DNA of 64,000 nucleotides from Acidimicrobiales bacterium (GTDB lineage Bacteria; Actinomycetota; Acidimicrobiia; Acidimicrobiales; RAAP-2), in contig DATKTZ010000042.1 in assembly GCA_035530815.1 (NCBI GenBank), positions 7,810 to 71,809 on the forward strand, given 5' to 3'. The notes under the pieces are model-generated. The model had not been told where the DNA came from. It saw nothing but the letters and a program-made list of their open reading frames with translations, and did no database searches. Made by a program: the position numbers and the translations under genes. Below, piece by piece: positions 10,428 to 19,052 of this stretch (the stretch's first letter is position 1; every line of letters begins with the position of its first letter).

Positions 10428-11012
10428 CTAGGGCGTGGATAGGGCGGCAATCACCGCCGCGCGCAAGACCGCGACCGACTGCTCGAGCGCCATCTCGCCG
10501 GTAGCGAGGACGAGTTCGGGCGCGAGCGGCGCCTCGTAGGGGTTGTCCACGCCGGTCATGTTGTCGATCTCGCCGTCGCGAGTACGCCGGTAGAGGCTCT
10601 TAGGATCACGCTGCTCGCAAATCTCGAGCGACGCATCCAGGTACACCTCGAAAAAGCCCACACCTTCGTCAGCGTGGCGTGCGCGCACCGCGTCGCGCGC
10701 ACCGCGTCGCGGTGATACCAGGCTCACCACCGTGATGGCTCCCTGGTTCGAGAGCAGCAGGGCGATCTCGCCGGCGCGCCGGACGCTCTCGTCACGGTCC
10801 TCGTTGGTAAAGCCCAGATCGCGGCTGAGACCCCGGCGCAGATGGTCGCCGTCGAGGACCACCACGAACTGGGCGAGGTGATCGAATTCACGTCGCAGCG
10901 CCATCGCCGAGGTGGTCTTGCCCGCCCCGGGCAGCCCGGTCAGCCACACCGTAAGACCCGGTGGCGTCGCGTCGGCGAGCGCAGCCGTGCTCGCGGCGGT
11001 CGCCGCGAGCAC
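10428..11012 (-). CDS. cysC: adenylyl-sulfate (APS) kinase
   Basis: TVWLTGLPGAGKTT, LDGDHLRRGLSRDLGF, RDPKSLY, MTGVDNPYEAP; start codon uncertain. Confidence 0.92.
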   Translation of the reverse strand: MLAATAASTAALADATPPGLTVWLTGLPGAGKTTSAMALRREFDHLAQFVVVLDGDHLRRGLSRDLGFTNEDRDESVRRAGEIALLLSNQGAITVVSLVSPRRGARDAVRARHADEGVGFFEVYLDASLEICEQRDPKSLYRRTRDGEIDNMTGVDNPYEAPLAPELVLATGEMALEQSVAVLRAAVIAALSTP

Positions 11013-11055
11013 CTGATTGGTGCCCTCGGCGACCTCAGACCAGCGTTGCGCAGAG

Positions 11056-12555
11056 TTAGAGATGGTGCACCCCCGAGATTCCCAGCAGGTTACCCTGCGC
11101 GTCGAGCGCCTCGACCACGACGTAGGGGGGCTGTTTGGGGGCGATGATCCGGGTCTCGAAACCCTTCTTTCGCACGGTCTTGATCGCCGCGAGCTGATCC
11201 GAGGAGGCTCCGGCGAGCACCCGCCACCGGGCGACCCCGGTCGCCCCGTTCCAGCTGACGTAGATGAGGGTGTTGGCCCCCGAGCGCGCGAGCGTCACCG
11301 AGGGCGGATCGCTCGGCGTCGCGCTCCAGGGCTGCAAGAAAGCCCGGTACGAGATGAGCCCGGCCCCCACCAGGTTGCCGTCGAGGATGAGGTGCCCGTT
11401 GGCGTCGTACTCGGAGAAATACGGCTTGGCGCCCCAACCCACGAAGGTGCCCCCGTCACCCAGCACCTGCACGGTGCCCGAACTGCCCGCGACGAGCGGC
11501 GGCACGTGGATGAACGCGCGCACGAAGGTAGCGGTGCGCTTGGTCTCATCCACCTGAAGAAACAGCGCGCGTGACGGCGGGTGCACGAGGGGCGCCGACT
11601 CGTTGTCGAAGATCGAGTACGCACCCTGGCCGTTGGGGATGACGTGGTGCTGGAAGGCGAAGTGCGTGTCGGGACCCATGGAGAAGTCGCTCTTCTTGCC
11701 GCCCAGTCGCCACAGGAGCTGGCCGGTGGTGCGATGCACTTTGTAGAAGGCCCAACAGTTGCGCGACGAGATGACCAGGTTGCCGTCATCGGGGTCGATG
11801 GCGACCGAGTTGAGGTGGAAGTAGTCCCAGCGGACCGAACCGTTCCTCGAAGGCGCGACGTGAGACTCGTCGAGGTGGATGTAGCGGTCGGTACGCCACG
11901 AGAAGAGCAATTTGCCGGTCGCGACGTCCACCTCTTGGACCTCGCCGTAGAGGTAGTTGCCCTGGGTGGAGCCGCCGTAGGCCGAGAGGTTCGCGTACTG
12001 GATGCCGTAGGTCGAGAAGATTGCGGTGCCCTGGTCGGTCAGGAAGAACTCGTGCAGGTCGCCCATGAGCCCGTTGCCCGCGTGCACCGTGGCGATCGTG
12101 CGATACGAGGTGTCGGCAATGATGTAAACGCCCTCGCCGTGTCCGCCCACGACCGGGCCCTGGTACCAGGTCAGCACGGGTTGACCCTTGTAGGTTTGGA
12201 CGCGCAGATTCATCGCACGCAACGTCGGGGTGCCATTGTCCGACACGGGCCGGAACCAGACGAGGTCGCCGTTGGGGTCGATGATCATCGGGCCCTGCTG
12301 GCCCGAGCCGTCGTGGACGTCAGTCATGATGAGCCCGGGCACCGTGCCCGGGCGCTCGACGGTGATCGCGATGGGCGGTGGGCGGAAGTTCGCGATCGAA
12401 TGGTAGGCGGTCACCGGCCGGTTCTTGGTGGAACCGGTGTTGGTGCTGGCCTGGGAGCAGCTGGCGAGTGTGCTCGCCGCGACCCCCACGCCCGCCACCC
12501 CGGCGGCACCGCGAAGCAGCGTGCGACGACTGATCGCGCGTTCCTGGTCTGTCAC
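11056..12555 (-). CDS. Tat-exported arylsulfotransferase (ASST)-family lipoprotein
   Basis: SRRTLL twin-arginine signal with LASC lipobox; DLHEF, WDYFHLNS, FAFQHH, IFDN, FVGWG, SYRA, YVSWNGAT..GFET. Confidence 0.82.
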   Translation of the reverse strand: MTDQERAISRRTLLRGAAGVAGVGVAASTLASCSQASTNTGSTKNRPVTAYHSIANFRPPPIAITVERPGTVPGLIMTDVHDGSGQQGPMIIDPNGDLVWFRPVSDNGTPTLRAMNLRVQTYKGQPVLTWYQGPVVGGHGEGVYIIADTSYRTIATVHAGNGLMGDLHEFFLTDQGTAIFSTYGIQYANLSAYGGSTQGNYLYGEVQEVDVATGKLLFSWRTDRYIHLDESHVAPSRNGSVRWDYFHLNSVAIDPDDGNLVISSRNCWAFYKVHRTTGQLLWRLGGKKSDFSMGPDTHFAFQHHVIPNGQGAYSIFDNESAPLVHPPSRALFLQVDETKRTATFVRAFIHVPPLVAGSSGTVQVLGDGGTFVGWGAKPYFSEYDANGHLILDGNLVGAGLISYRAFLQPWSATPSDPPSVTLARSGANTLIYVSWNGATGVARWRVLAGASSDQLAAIKTVRKKGFETRIIAPKQPPYVVVEALDAQGNLLGISGVHHL

Positions 12556-12694
12556 TGCTTCCTCCTCGCACCAGCGGGTTCGCCCCGGGTACCTTCGACC
12601 TAGCCCCTCGGCTGTGGTCCCTCGAACATCTCGATTCCGTGTCGTGGACCCGTCGAACCGTCGGCTCGACGCGCGACACCCGCTGACACGGACG

Positions 12695-15640
12695 TCAACC
12701 CTTCACGCGAAAAGATGCCGAAGTCCCCAACACCCGTCCCTGCGCGTCGAGGGCCTCGACCTTGAAGATTTTACTCCCTGGCGCCACCGCGATGGCCGTC
12801 TCGAAGCCGGTCATGGCGTGGGTGGCAATCGGGGTGAGTTGGTTCGCGTCGGCCCCGGCGAGCACGCGCCAGGCGCTGACCAGGGTCGCGCCGTTCCAAC
12901 TCGCGTAGACCGTGGTCGCGCCGTTGCGAGTCAGCGCCGCGGCGCTGGGTGGGTAACTCGGCGTGGCGACCCACGACGCGATCTTGGTGGCGCGGTAGCT
13001 CAGATCAGGATTGGGCAGCACCGCGTCGAGCAGGAGTTGGCCCGACTTGGAGAACTCCGAGAAGTAGGGTAGGTCACCCCAGCCAACGAAGACGTTGCCA
13101 TTGGCAAGGGTCTGGGCGCTGCCCATGTAGGCGGCCGACTCGCCCTGGTGCTGGTACTGGGCAACCACGTTGGCGGTGTGAGTCGCCGGATTCAACTGCA
13201 GCGTGAGCGCACGTGAGGCGCCGGTGGCCGCCAGGTAGGTGTTGGCGCCGGTGATCTCGCAGCAGTGGTCGTCGAAGAGCGTCAGGGTGTTGTTGGGGGC
13301 GAGCATGACGTCGTGCTGCCACTCGAACTCGGCGTGGGGTCCAAAGGTGTAGCTGGAGTTCTTGCCACCGATCTGCCAGGTAATCGCGCCGGTCGCTCGG
13401 TTGACCTCGTAGGCGGCCCAGGTGTTGCGCATCGAGGTGAGGAACGTGCCGTTGCTCGCGACGTCGATCGCGTTGATGTGGTACGCGTCCCAGGGGAAGC
13501 CGTTGGTCGGCGGCGGGATCTGGGAGTCGCTGAGCGGAATGTGCTTGAGCGCGTCCCAGGTGTAGAGCAGCTTGCCCGTGCGCAGGTCGTACTCCTGGAC
13601 CGCGGAGTCGTCAAGGGCCCCGTTGATCGCCCCGCCGTACTTGACGAGGTTCATCGGCACGTTCTTGTTCGCGCTGACCCAGATGTCGTGACCGATGATG
13701 TGGATCGAATGCAGCGTCAAGATCCAGCCGTCCTTGCCACGAATGGTCGCGACGGTGCGGTAGTGCTGGTCGACCACGACGTCGGTGCCCGACTCGGTCG
13801 CGCCGGTGTTGGAGATGACGCCCTGCCACCAGGCGAGCACGGGCTCACCCTCGTAGGACTGCAGCGTGGTGTTCGACGCCACCACGTCGGTGGGTAGCGG
13901 CTTGAACCACACTGGCTGGAGCGCGTTGTTCACGATCAGGGGCCCGCTCTGGCCGACCATGGGCGGGGTCGCCAGGTTGTAGAAGTTGGCGAGCAGGATG
14001 TAGCCCGGCGCCAACTGGCTGGTCTTGGTCGCCACGTCGGTGGTGATCTTGGGCGGATGCAGGTCCGGCGCCGACACGTAGCTGTAGGTGTTGCTAGTCA
14101 CGAAGCGCCCGATGGGTGGGCCGGGTGCGCCGGCCGCCACCAGGTCGACGCCGACGAACGCGGCCACGACGATCACCACGGCGAGGGGCGCGCGCAGGCG
14201 CACCAGCGCCGCCACGGGAGTGGCCGGGCGCTCGGGCGCGGGCAGGCGCACGTAGGTGAGCACCGCGGCGATTGCGGCGAAGGCCGCACCCAACAGGTAC
14301 GCCACGCGAAAGCCGTCGGTCAGGGCGATCGACACCGATCGGTTCTGACCGATCAGGTGGCTCGAGTACTGGCTCGCCACCGAGATCAACAGGGCGATGC
14401 CGACCGCACCGCCCACCTGGCGCGACGTGTTCACCAGGCCCGAGGAGAGTCCCTCGCGCCCGGCGCCGGCACCGTGGGTGGCCGCAATGGTCGACGGGAC
14501 GATCGACAGTCCGATGCCGATCGCCACCAGCATGCCCGGCAGGATCACGTAGCCGATCGCGCTGCCGCTCGAGTTGATTCGCGCGAACAACAGCAGACCG
14601 CTCGTCATCATGACGAGGCCGCCCCCGAGCACCGCGCGCACACCGAAGCGACTCACCAAGCGCCCGGCGCTGCGCGCGGCGATCATGATGACCAGCGACA
14701 TGGGCAGGAACGCCAGCCCGGCGTCGAGTGGCGAGAGACCCAGCACCTGTTGGAGATAGAGCGAGCTCACGTACCACATTGGAAAGAGCGCGGCGCTGAA
14801 CAACAAGACGATGAGGTTGGCGTCGCGCAGGGCCCTGGTAAGCGCCTTGGGCGGAACCAACGGCGCGCTGGCGCGCGACTCGATCCAGGGGAACAGACCA
14901 AGCAGCACCAGACCAAGCACGACCGGGACCACGGTGAGCGGCGCCGCCCAACCGAGTGCACCGGCGTTGACGATGCCGTAAACGAGCACCATGAGCCCGA
15001 GGGTCATCGAAAGCGCGCCCGCCAGGTCGAAGGTGCCGCGCGACTGGTCGCGGGGACGGTCCACGATTACGAAGGCGGCGACCACGGCGGCCGCCACGGC
15101 GATGGGGGGATTGATCAACAGCACCCAGCGCCAGCCGAACCACTGGGTGATGACACCACCAAACAGCGCGCCGGCCGCGCCGCCGGCGCCGTTCATCGCC
15201 CCCCAGAGACTGATGGCGCGGTGGCGGGCCGGGCCCGGTTCGAAGCTCGACGTGATCGCGGCCAACGAGGCCGCGGCCATGAGCGCACCGCTCAGGCCCT
15301 GGACGCTGCGCGCGACGATGAGCAGCAACTGGGTGGGTGCGCTGCCGCCCACGAGCGACGCGATCGCGAAGACCAACAAAGCCGCCACGAGCGTGCGCCG
15401 CTGGCCGAAGTGGTCCGCCGCGCGTCCGCCGAGCATGAGAAAGCCCGCGAAGGCGATGGCGTAGGCGTCCACGACCCACTGGAGGTTGATCGCGCTGAAC
15501 GAGAGGCTGACCTGGATCGAGGGCAGCGCGACGTTGACGATGCTGAGATCGAGGATCACCATGAACTGCGCGACGCAACTCACTACGAGCAGCCACGCCA
15601 GCCGTCGAGTCATCCTGTCAGCACCTGATGTTGACTCCAC
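12695..15640 (-). CDS. fusion of a DHA2 (EmrB/QacA-type) MFS transporter and a C-terminal arylsulfotransferase domain
   Basis: N-half: QFMVILDLSIVNVALPSI, GGRAADHFGQRR, WRWVLLINPP, SGLVNTSRQVGG. Then an extra TM segment. C-half: DAYHINAI, FEWQHD, LFDD, FVGWG, SYRA, YASWNGAT..GFET. One uninterrupted 981-aa ORF; alternative start at 15613. Confidence 0.85.
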   Translation of the reverse strand: MESTSGADRMTRRLAWLLVVSCVAQFMVILDLSIVNVALPSIQVSLSFSAINLQWVVDAYAIAFAGFLMLGGRAADHFGQRRTLVAALLVFAIASLVGGSAPTQLLLIVARSVQGLSGALMAAASLAAITSSFEPGPARHRAISLWGAMNGAGGAAGALFGGVITQWFGWRWVLLINPPIAVAAAVVAAFVIVDRPRDQSRGTFDLAGALSMTLGLMVLVYGIVNAGALGWAAPLTVVPVVLGLVLLGLFPWIESRASAPLVPPKALTRALRDANLIVLLFSAALFPMWYVSSLYLQQVLGLSPLDAGLAFLPMSLVIMIAARSAGRLVSRFGVRAVLGGGLVMMTSGLLLFARINSSGSAIGYVILPGMLVAIGIGLSIVPSTIAATHGAGAGREGLSSGLVNTSRQVGGAVGIALLISVASQYSSHLIGQNRSVSIALTDGFRVAYLLGAAFAAIAAVLTYVRLPAPERPATPVAALVRLRAPLAVVIVVAAFVGVDLVAAGAPGPPIGRFVTSNTYSYVSAPDLHPPKITTDVATKTSQLAPGYILLANFYNLATPPMVGQSGPLIVNNALQPVWFKPLPTDVVASNTTLQSYEGEPVLAWWQGVISNTGATESGTDVVVDQHYRTVATIRGKDGWILTLHSIHIIGHDIWVSANKNVPMNLVKYGGAINGALDDSAVQEYDLRTGKLLYTWDALKHIPLSDSQIPPPTNGFPWDAYHINAIDVASNGTFLTSMRNTWAAYEVNRATGAITWQIGGKNSSYTFGPHAEFEWQHDVMLAPNNTLTLFDDHCCEITGANTYLAATGASRALTLQLNPATHTANVVAQYQHQGESAAYMGSAQTLANGNVFVGWGDLPYFSEFSKSGQLLLDAVLPNPDLSYRATKIASWVATPSYPPSAAALTRNGATTVYASWNGATLVSAWRVLAGADANQLTPIATHAMTGFETAIAVAPGSKIFKVEALDAQGRVLGTSASFRVKG

Positions 15641-15650
15641 TGAGGACTGC

Positions 15651-16373
15651 TCAGTGCCCCGCGCTGGCGCCGGCGTCCTGGGCGGTGAGCCACTCGTTCA
15701 ACTTGGCCATGCACCCACCGATCATCAGGCCACTGAAGCCGGCCGAGTCGTTGACGCGCGGGAACTCGGCCTCAGGCACCGGTACGTCGAGGAACGCGCA
15801 GAGCGGACCCCAGCCCTCGGCGACCGACCACACGAGCAGGCGATCGGCGGGCACCGTGTCGATGACCTCCTGGTTGTAGCGCTCCATGGCGCGGGCCAGC
15901 TCGCCCGAGTCCAAGTCGATCGCGTCGCTCGTCAAGAAGCCACGCCGCTCCCACATTGAGCGCATCAGGTCCGTGTAGCCCTGCCACTCCGGATCGATGC
16001 GCCCGCGCGCGCGCGAGACGTCTTCCATCAAGGAGTCGCCGTAGAGCACGTCCCAGATGGTGGTCTTCATGCTCTTGGCCCACGCGTCACCGTCGCGCAC
16101 GCTGAGCACGACCTTGGCGTCGGGGTAGGCCCCCACTAGTTCCTTGTAGTAGTACGAACCCGGCCAGTCGACGCTGGCGCCGAAGCCGTCGAAGATCTCG
16201 TGCCAGTTGGCGCGGCCCTCGAGGGCGTCGGCCCAGGTGGCCACCAACTTCGTGTTCTGCAGTACCTCGACCATGTGGTAGCAGGGATTAAAGCCCAGCA
16301 TTTCGAGGGCAATTTTCTGCGAAAGTGTGCCCGTTCGCGGCAGACCCGCACCAATTACCTTGAATTCCGTCAT
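15651..16373 (-). CDS. P-loop sulfotransferase (Sulfotransfer_4-like), paralogue 2
   Basis: VIGAGLPRTGT, PCYHM; aligns without gaps to 8603-9325; GAGAGG RBS; ends 10 bp before the MFS-ASST ORF. Confidence 0.87.
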   Translation of the reverse strand: MTEFKVIGAGLPRTGTLSQKIALEMLGFNPCYHMVEVLQNTKLVATWADALEGRANWHEIFDGFGASVDWPGSYYYKELVGAYPDAKVVLSVRDGDAWAKSMKTTIWDVLYGDSLMEDVSRARGRIDPEWQGYTDLMRSMWERRGFLTSDAIDLDSGELARAMERYNQEVIDTVPADRLLVWSVAEGWGPLCAFLDVPVPEAEFPRVNDSAGFSGLMIGGCMAKLNEWLTAQDAGASAGH

Positions 16374-16425
16374 TCACCTCTCGCTTTCGCTGAGCACCAA
16401 CGGACCCCAGTCTTCGACGACAAAC

Positions 16426-16463
16426 TGTGAGACTCCTGTGAGGCACTTGTGATTCGCTTGTGT
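16426..16463 (-). promoter_or_regulatory. 11-bp periodic TCACA direct repeats upstream of sulfotransferase 2
   Basis: Plus strand TGTGA at 16426, 16437 and 16448, TGTGT at 16459. Confidence 0.62.
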
Positions 16464-16733
16464 CGGCCATCCTAGGTCACCACCGACCGGACGATCAACG
16501 GCCGAGGCCCCAGCGGTGGCGCACGTGCACGAGTGCACATTCACGAAATCACAAATGAAGCGCGCAGTGCTGCACGAATTTCGTGAGGTGTTGTGGCCAC
16601 GTTGGGTCGAGATCCGCGACGAAGCACCGCAATGCCACCCAACTAAAGTGAACCAAGACAATCAGTCACGAGTGCTGAATGTCCGAGACGGACGGCGCGA
16701 CGACGACGCCCAGAGAGTGGTGAGCGACGCACG

Positions 16734-18317
16734 ATGGATTCTGAAGACCGCACACCGCTGCTGGGCGAGCCCGCCGACGAGCAGGCCCCCGCAACGATCA
16801 GTCGACGCCGGTTCGTGCTACGCACCCTCGGATGGTTCGCGAGCGTGGGCGTGGCCAGTGCGGTCGGCTACGAGTGGCCCCGGCCCCAGGTCGCGGCCAG
16901 TCCCGCCTCCAACGGCGCGCTCGAAGCGGTGCGCGACTTCGTCAGCCGACCCGACCTGCACCCGCCGCGCATCCGCTTCACCATCACCACCGCGGGGCTC
17001 GAGGTGCTCGGGCGCGAGGCGCTCCAGGGCGGCGACCAGCCGCGCTACATCTTCGTGTCACCGCGCACGACGGGCGAAGACCCCAGCCAGCCCGGGCTCA
17101 TGGTGCTCGACCGTCAGGGGCGGCTCATCTGGTTCGAGCCCAAGCTGACCTCATCACCCTTCGACATGAACGTCCAGACCTACCAGGGCCAGCCCCACCT
17201 CACCTGGTGGGAGGGCGACGTAGTCCACGGTCACGGTGAGGGCGTCGCCAAGATCGCCAACGAGTCCTACCGCGAGGTGAACACGATTCGTGCGGGCCAC
17301 GGCCTGCAGGTCGACCTGCACGAGTTGCGCCTCACCAACGCCGGCACGGCGCTGATCACCGCCTACGAGAACACGACCGCCGATCTCACCAGCGTCGGTG
17401 GCGCCAAGGGCGGGGCGTTGCTCGCGGGCCACGTCCAAGAGATCGACCTCGCGACGGGCGAGGTGCTGTTCGACTGGAACAGCATCGAGCACGTCGGCGT
17501 GGACGAGAGCTACCAGAAGGCACCAACCAAGGCGACCATCGCCTACGACTACTTCCACATCAACTCGATCGCCGAGGACTTCGACGGCAACCTGCTCGTG
17601 GGCGCACGCAACACCTGGGCCGTCTACAAGATCCACCGCCAGACCGGCGAGGTGATGTGGCGCATGAATGGCAAGCGCTCGGACTTCTCTATGGGGCCGG
17701 GCGCCGCGTTCTACTGGCAACACGACACCACGATGCCCGAGCCCTCACTCATGTCGGTCTTCGACGACGGCGGCTATCCCAATGAGGAGAAGCAGTCGCG
17801 CGCCCTGCTCCTGCACGTCGACACCCAGGCGATGACGGTCACCTTGAAGAAGGCCTTCGAGCACCCGGCCGGCTTCGTCGCCGCCAACCAGGGCAACGTC
17901 GAGCTCCTGGCCGACGGTCGCGTCTTCGTGGGCTGGGGCAACCAGCCCTACTTCACCGAGTTCGCCGCCGACGGCACCCTGCTCTTCGACGGCGAGTTCC
18001 CCTCGCCCGTACGTTCCTACCGTGCCTACACCCACCAGTGGGAGGGCACGCCACTCGAGGCGCCGAGCGTGGCCGCACGATCGAACAACGCCGGTGGATC
18101 GATCGTCTACGCGAGCTGGAACGGGTCGACCGAGGTGCGCCACTGGATGGTGCGCGCGGGCAAGGAGCGCAGCGCCCTCGCGCCGGTGGGATCTCAGGAG
18201 TGGACCGGTTTCGAGACCGCCATCGCGGTCAACACTCCGGGCCGCTACTTCTCAGTCACCGCACTGGACAAGGACCAAAAGGAACTCGCCACCTCGGCGA
18301 TCGTCGAGATCGCCTGA
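16734..18317 (+). CDS. Tat-exported/anchored arylsulfotransferase (ASST)-family protein
   Basis: ISRRRFVL followed by a hydrophobic segment; FVSRPDLHPP, DLHEL, YDYFHINSI, FYWQHD, VFDD, FVGWG, YASWNGST..GFET. Confidence 0.82.
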   Translation: MDSEDRTPLLGEPADEQAPATISRRRFVLRTLGWFASVGVASAVGYEWPRPQVAASPASNGALEAVRDFVSRPDLHPPRIRFTITTAGLEVLGREALQGGDQPRYIFVSPRTTGEDPSQPGLMVLDRQGRLIWFEPKLTSSPFDMNVQTYQGQPHLTWWEGDVVHGHGEGVAKIANESYREVNTIRAGHGLQVDLHELRLTNAGTALITAYENTTADLTSVGGAKGGALLAGHVQEIDLATGEVLFDWNSIEHVGVDESYQKAPTKATIAYDYFHINSIAEDFDGNLLVGARNTWAVYKIHRQTGEVMWRMNGKRSDFSMGPGAAFYWQHDTTMPEPSLMSVFDDGGYPNEEKQSRALLLHVDTQAMTVTLKKAFEHPAGFVAANQGNVELLADGRVFVGWGNQPYFTEFAADGTLLFDGEFPSPVRSYRAYTHQWEGTPLEAPSVAARSNNAGGSIVYASWNGSTEVRHWMVRAGKERSALAPVGSQEWTGFETAIAVNTPGRYFSVTALDKDQKELATSAIVEIA

Positions 18318-18336
18318 GCCGTCGCGCGCGACGTTC

Positions 18337-18489
18337 CTAGTAGCCCGGGACGTGGGTCGTGGTGGTGTTCGAGTTACCCGAGCCCGAACCACAGGCCGAC
18401 AGCACCAGCGGGCTGACCGCCAGGGCCAGCGCCGCGACGACCCTGCGCGTGCGCCGCGTCCTCGATACCGAGTTGTTCTTGCCAGGCAT
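18337..18489 (-). CDS. small lipoprotein (50 aa), not in the supplied ORF track
   Basis: Hand translation: MPGKNNSVSRTRRTRRVVAALALAVSPLVLSACGSGSGNSNTTTTHVPGY*. Basic n-region, hydrophobic h-region, LSAC lipobox. Confidence 0.68.
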   Translation of the reverse strand: MPGKNNSVSRTRRTRRVVAALALAVSPLVLSACGSGSGNSNTTTTHVPGY

Positions 18490-18607
18490 GATCACGCTCT
18501 CAATCAGGCTGCGCTTGCGGAGTGCGCGCCCGACACACTCTACCGCGCCCGATTTTCATCTCCGCGAGGCTGTTCGCGGCGAGAACCCCGGTCATAGACT
18601 CACGCCT

Positions 18608-19048
18608 ATGGCGGAACTCTTCTGGGTGGTGGTCGTACTCGTGGGTGTCGCCCTCGAGGTGCACACCAACCAGTTCGTCACCCTCTTTCTTGCCCTGAGC
18701 GGCGTGCTTGCGTTCCTGCTGGCTCTGCTCGGTGTGCCCTTCGACGTGCAGGCCCTCGTGTGGCTCGCCGCGTCGGGAGCGATGATCGCCCTCCTGCGAC
18801 CCTTCGCCGTGCGATCGTTCTCGCGTCGCTCGCGCGCGCATTCCCTGTCGCGACCGGCTGACAACGCCATGACCGGACTGCGCGGCGTGGTGGAGCTCGC
18901 GGTCGGCGACGAGGGCCACCCGGGGCGAGTGCGCATCCAGGGCGAGACCTGGCGGGCCGTCACCGAATGGCCCGACGCGCTGCCCGACGGCACCGCGATC
19001 GTGGTGCGCAAGGCCTACGGCACGACGCTCTGGGTCGAACCCGCCTGA
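18608..19048 (+). CDS. NfeD-family membrane protein (short form)
   Basis: N-terminal TM helices; C-terminal OB-fold GRVRIQGETWRA..TLWVEP. Confidence 0.85.
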   Translation: MAELFWVVVVLVGVALEVHTNQFVTLFLALSGVLAFLLALLGVPFDVQALVWLAASGAMIALLRPFAVRSFSRRSRAHSLSRPADNAMTGLRGVVELAVGDEGHPGRVRIQGETWRAVTEWPDALPDGTAIVVRKAYGTTLWVEPA

Positions 19049-19052
19049 CCGG

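Noticed and set aside
16541-16586. TCACGAAAT..ATTTCGTGA inverted repeat in the divergent ST/ASST promoter region
   Set aside because: Single 9-bp dyad with a long spacer and no second copy found; insufficient support for a call
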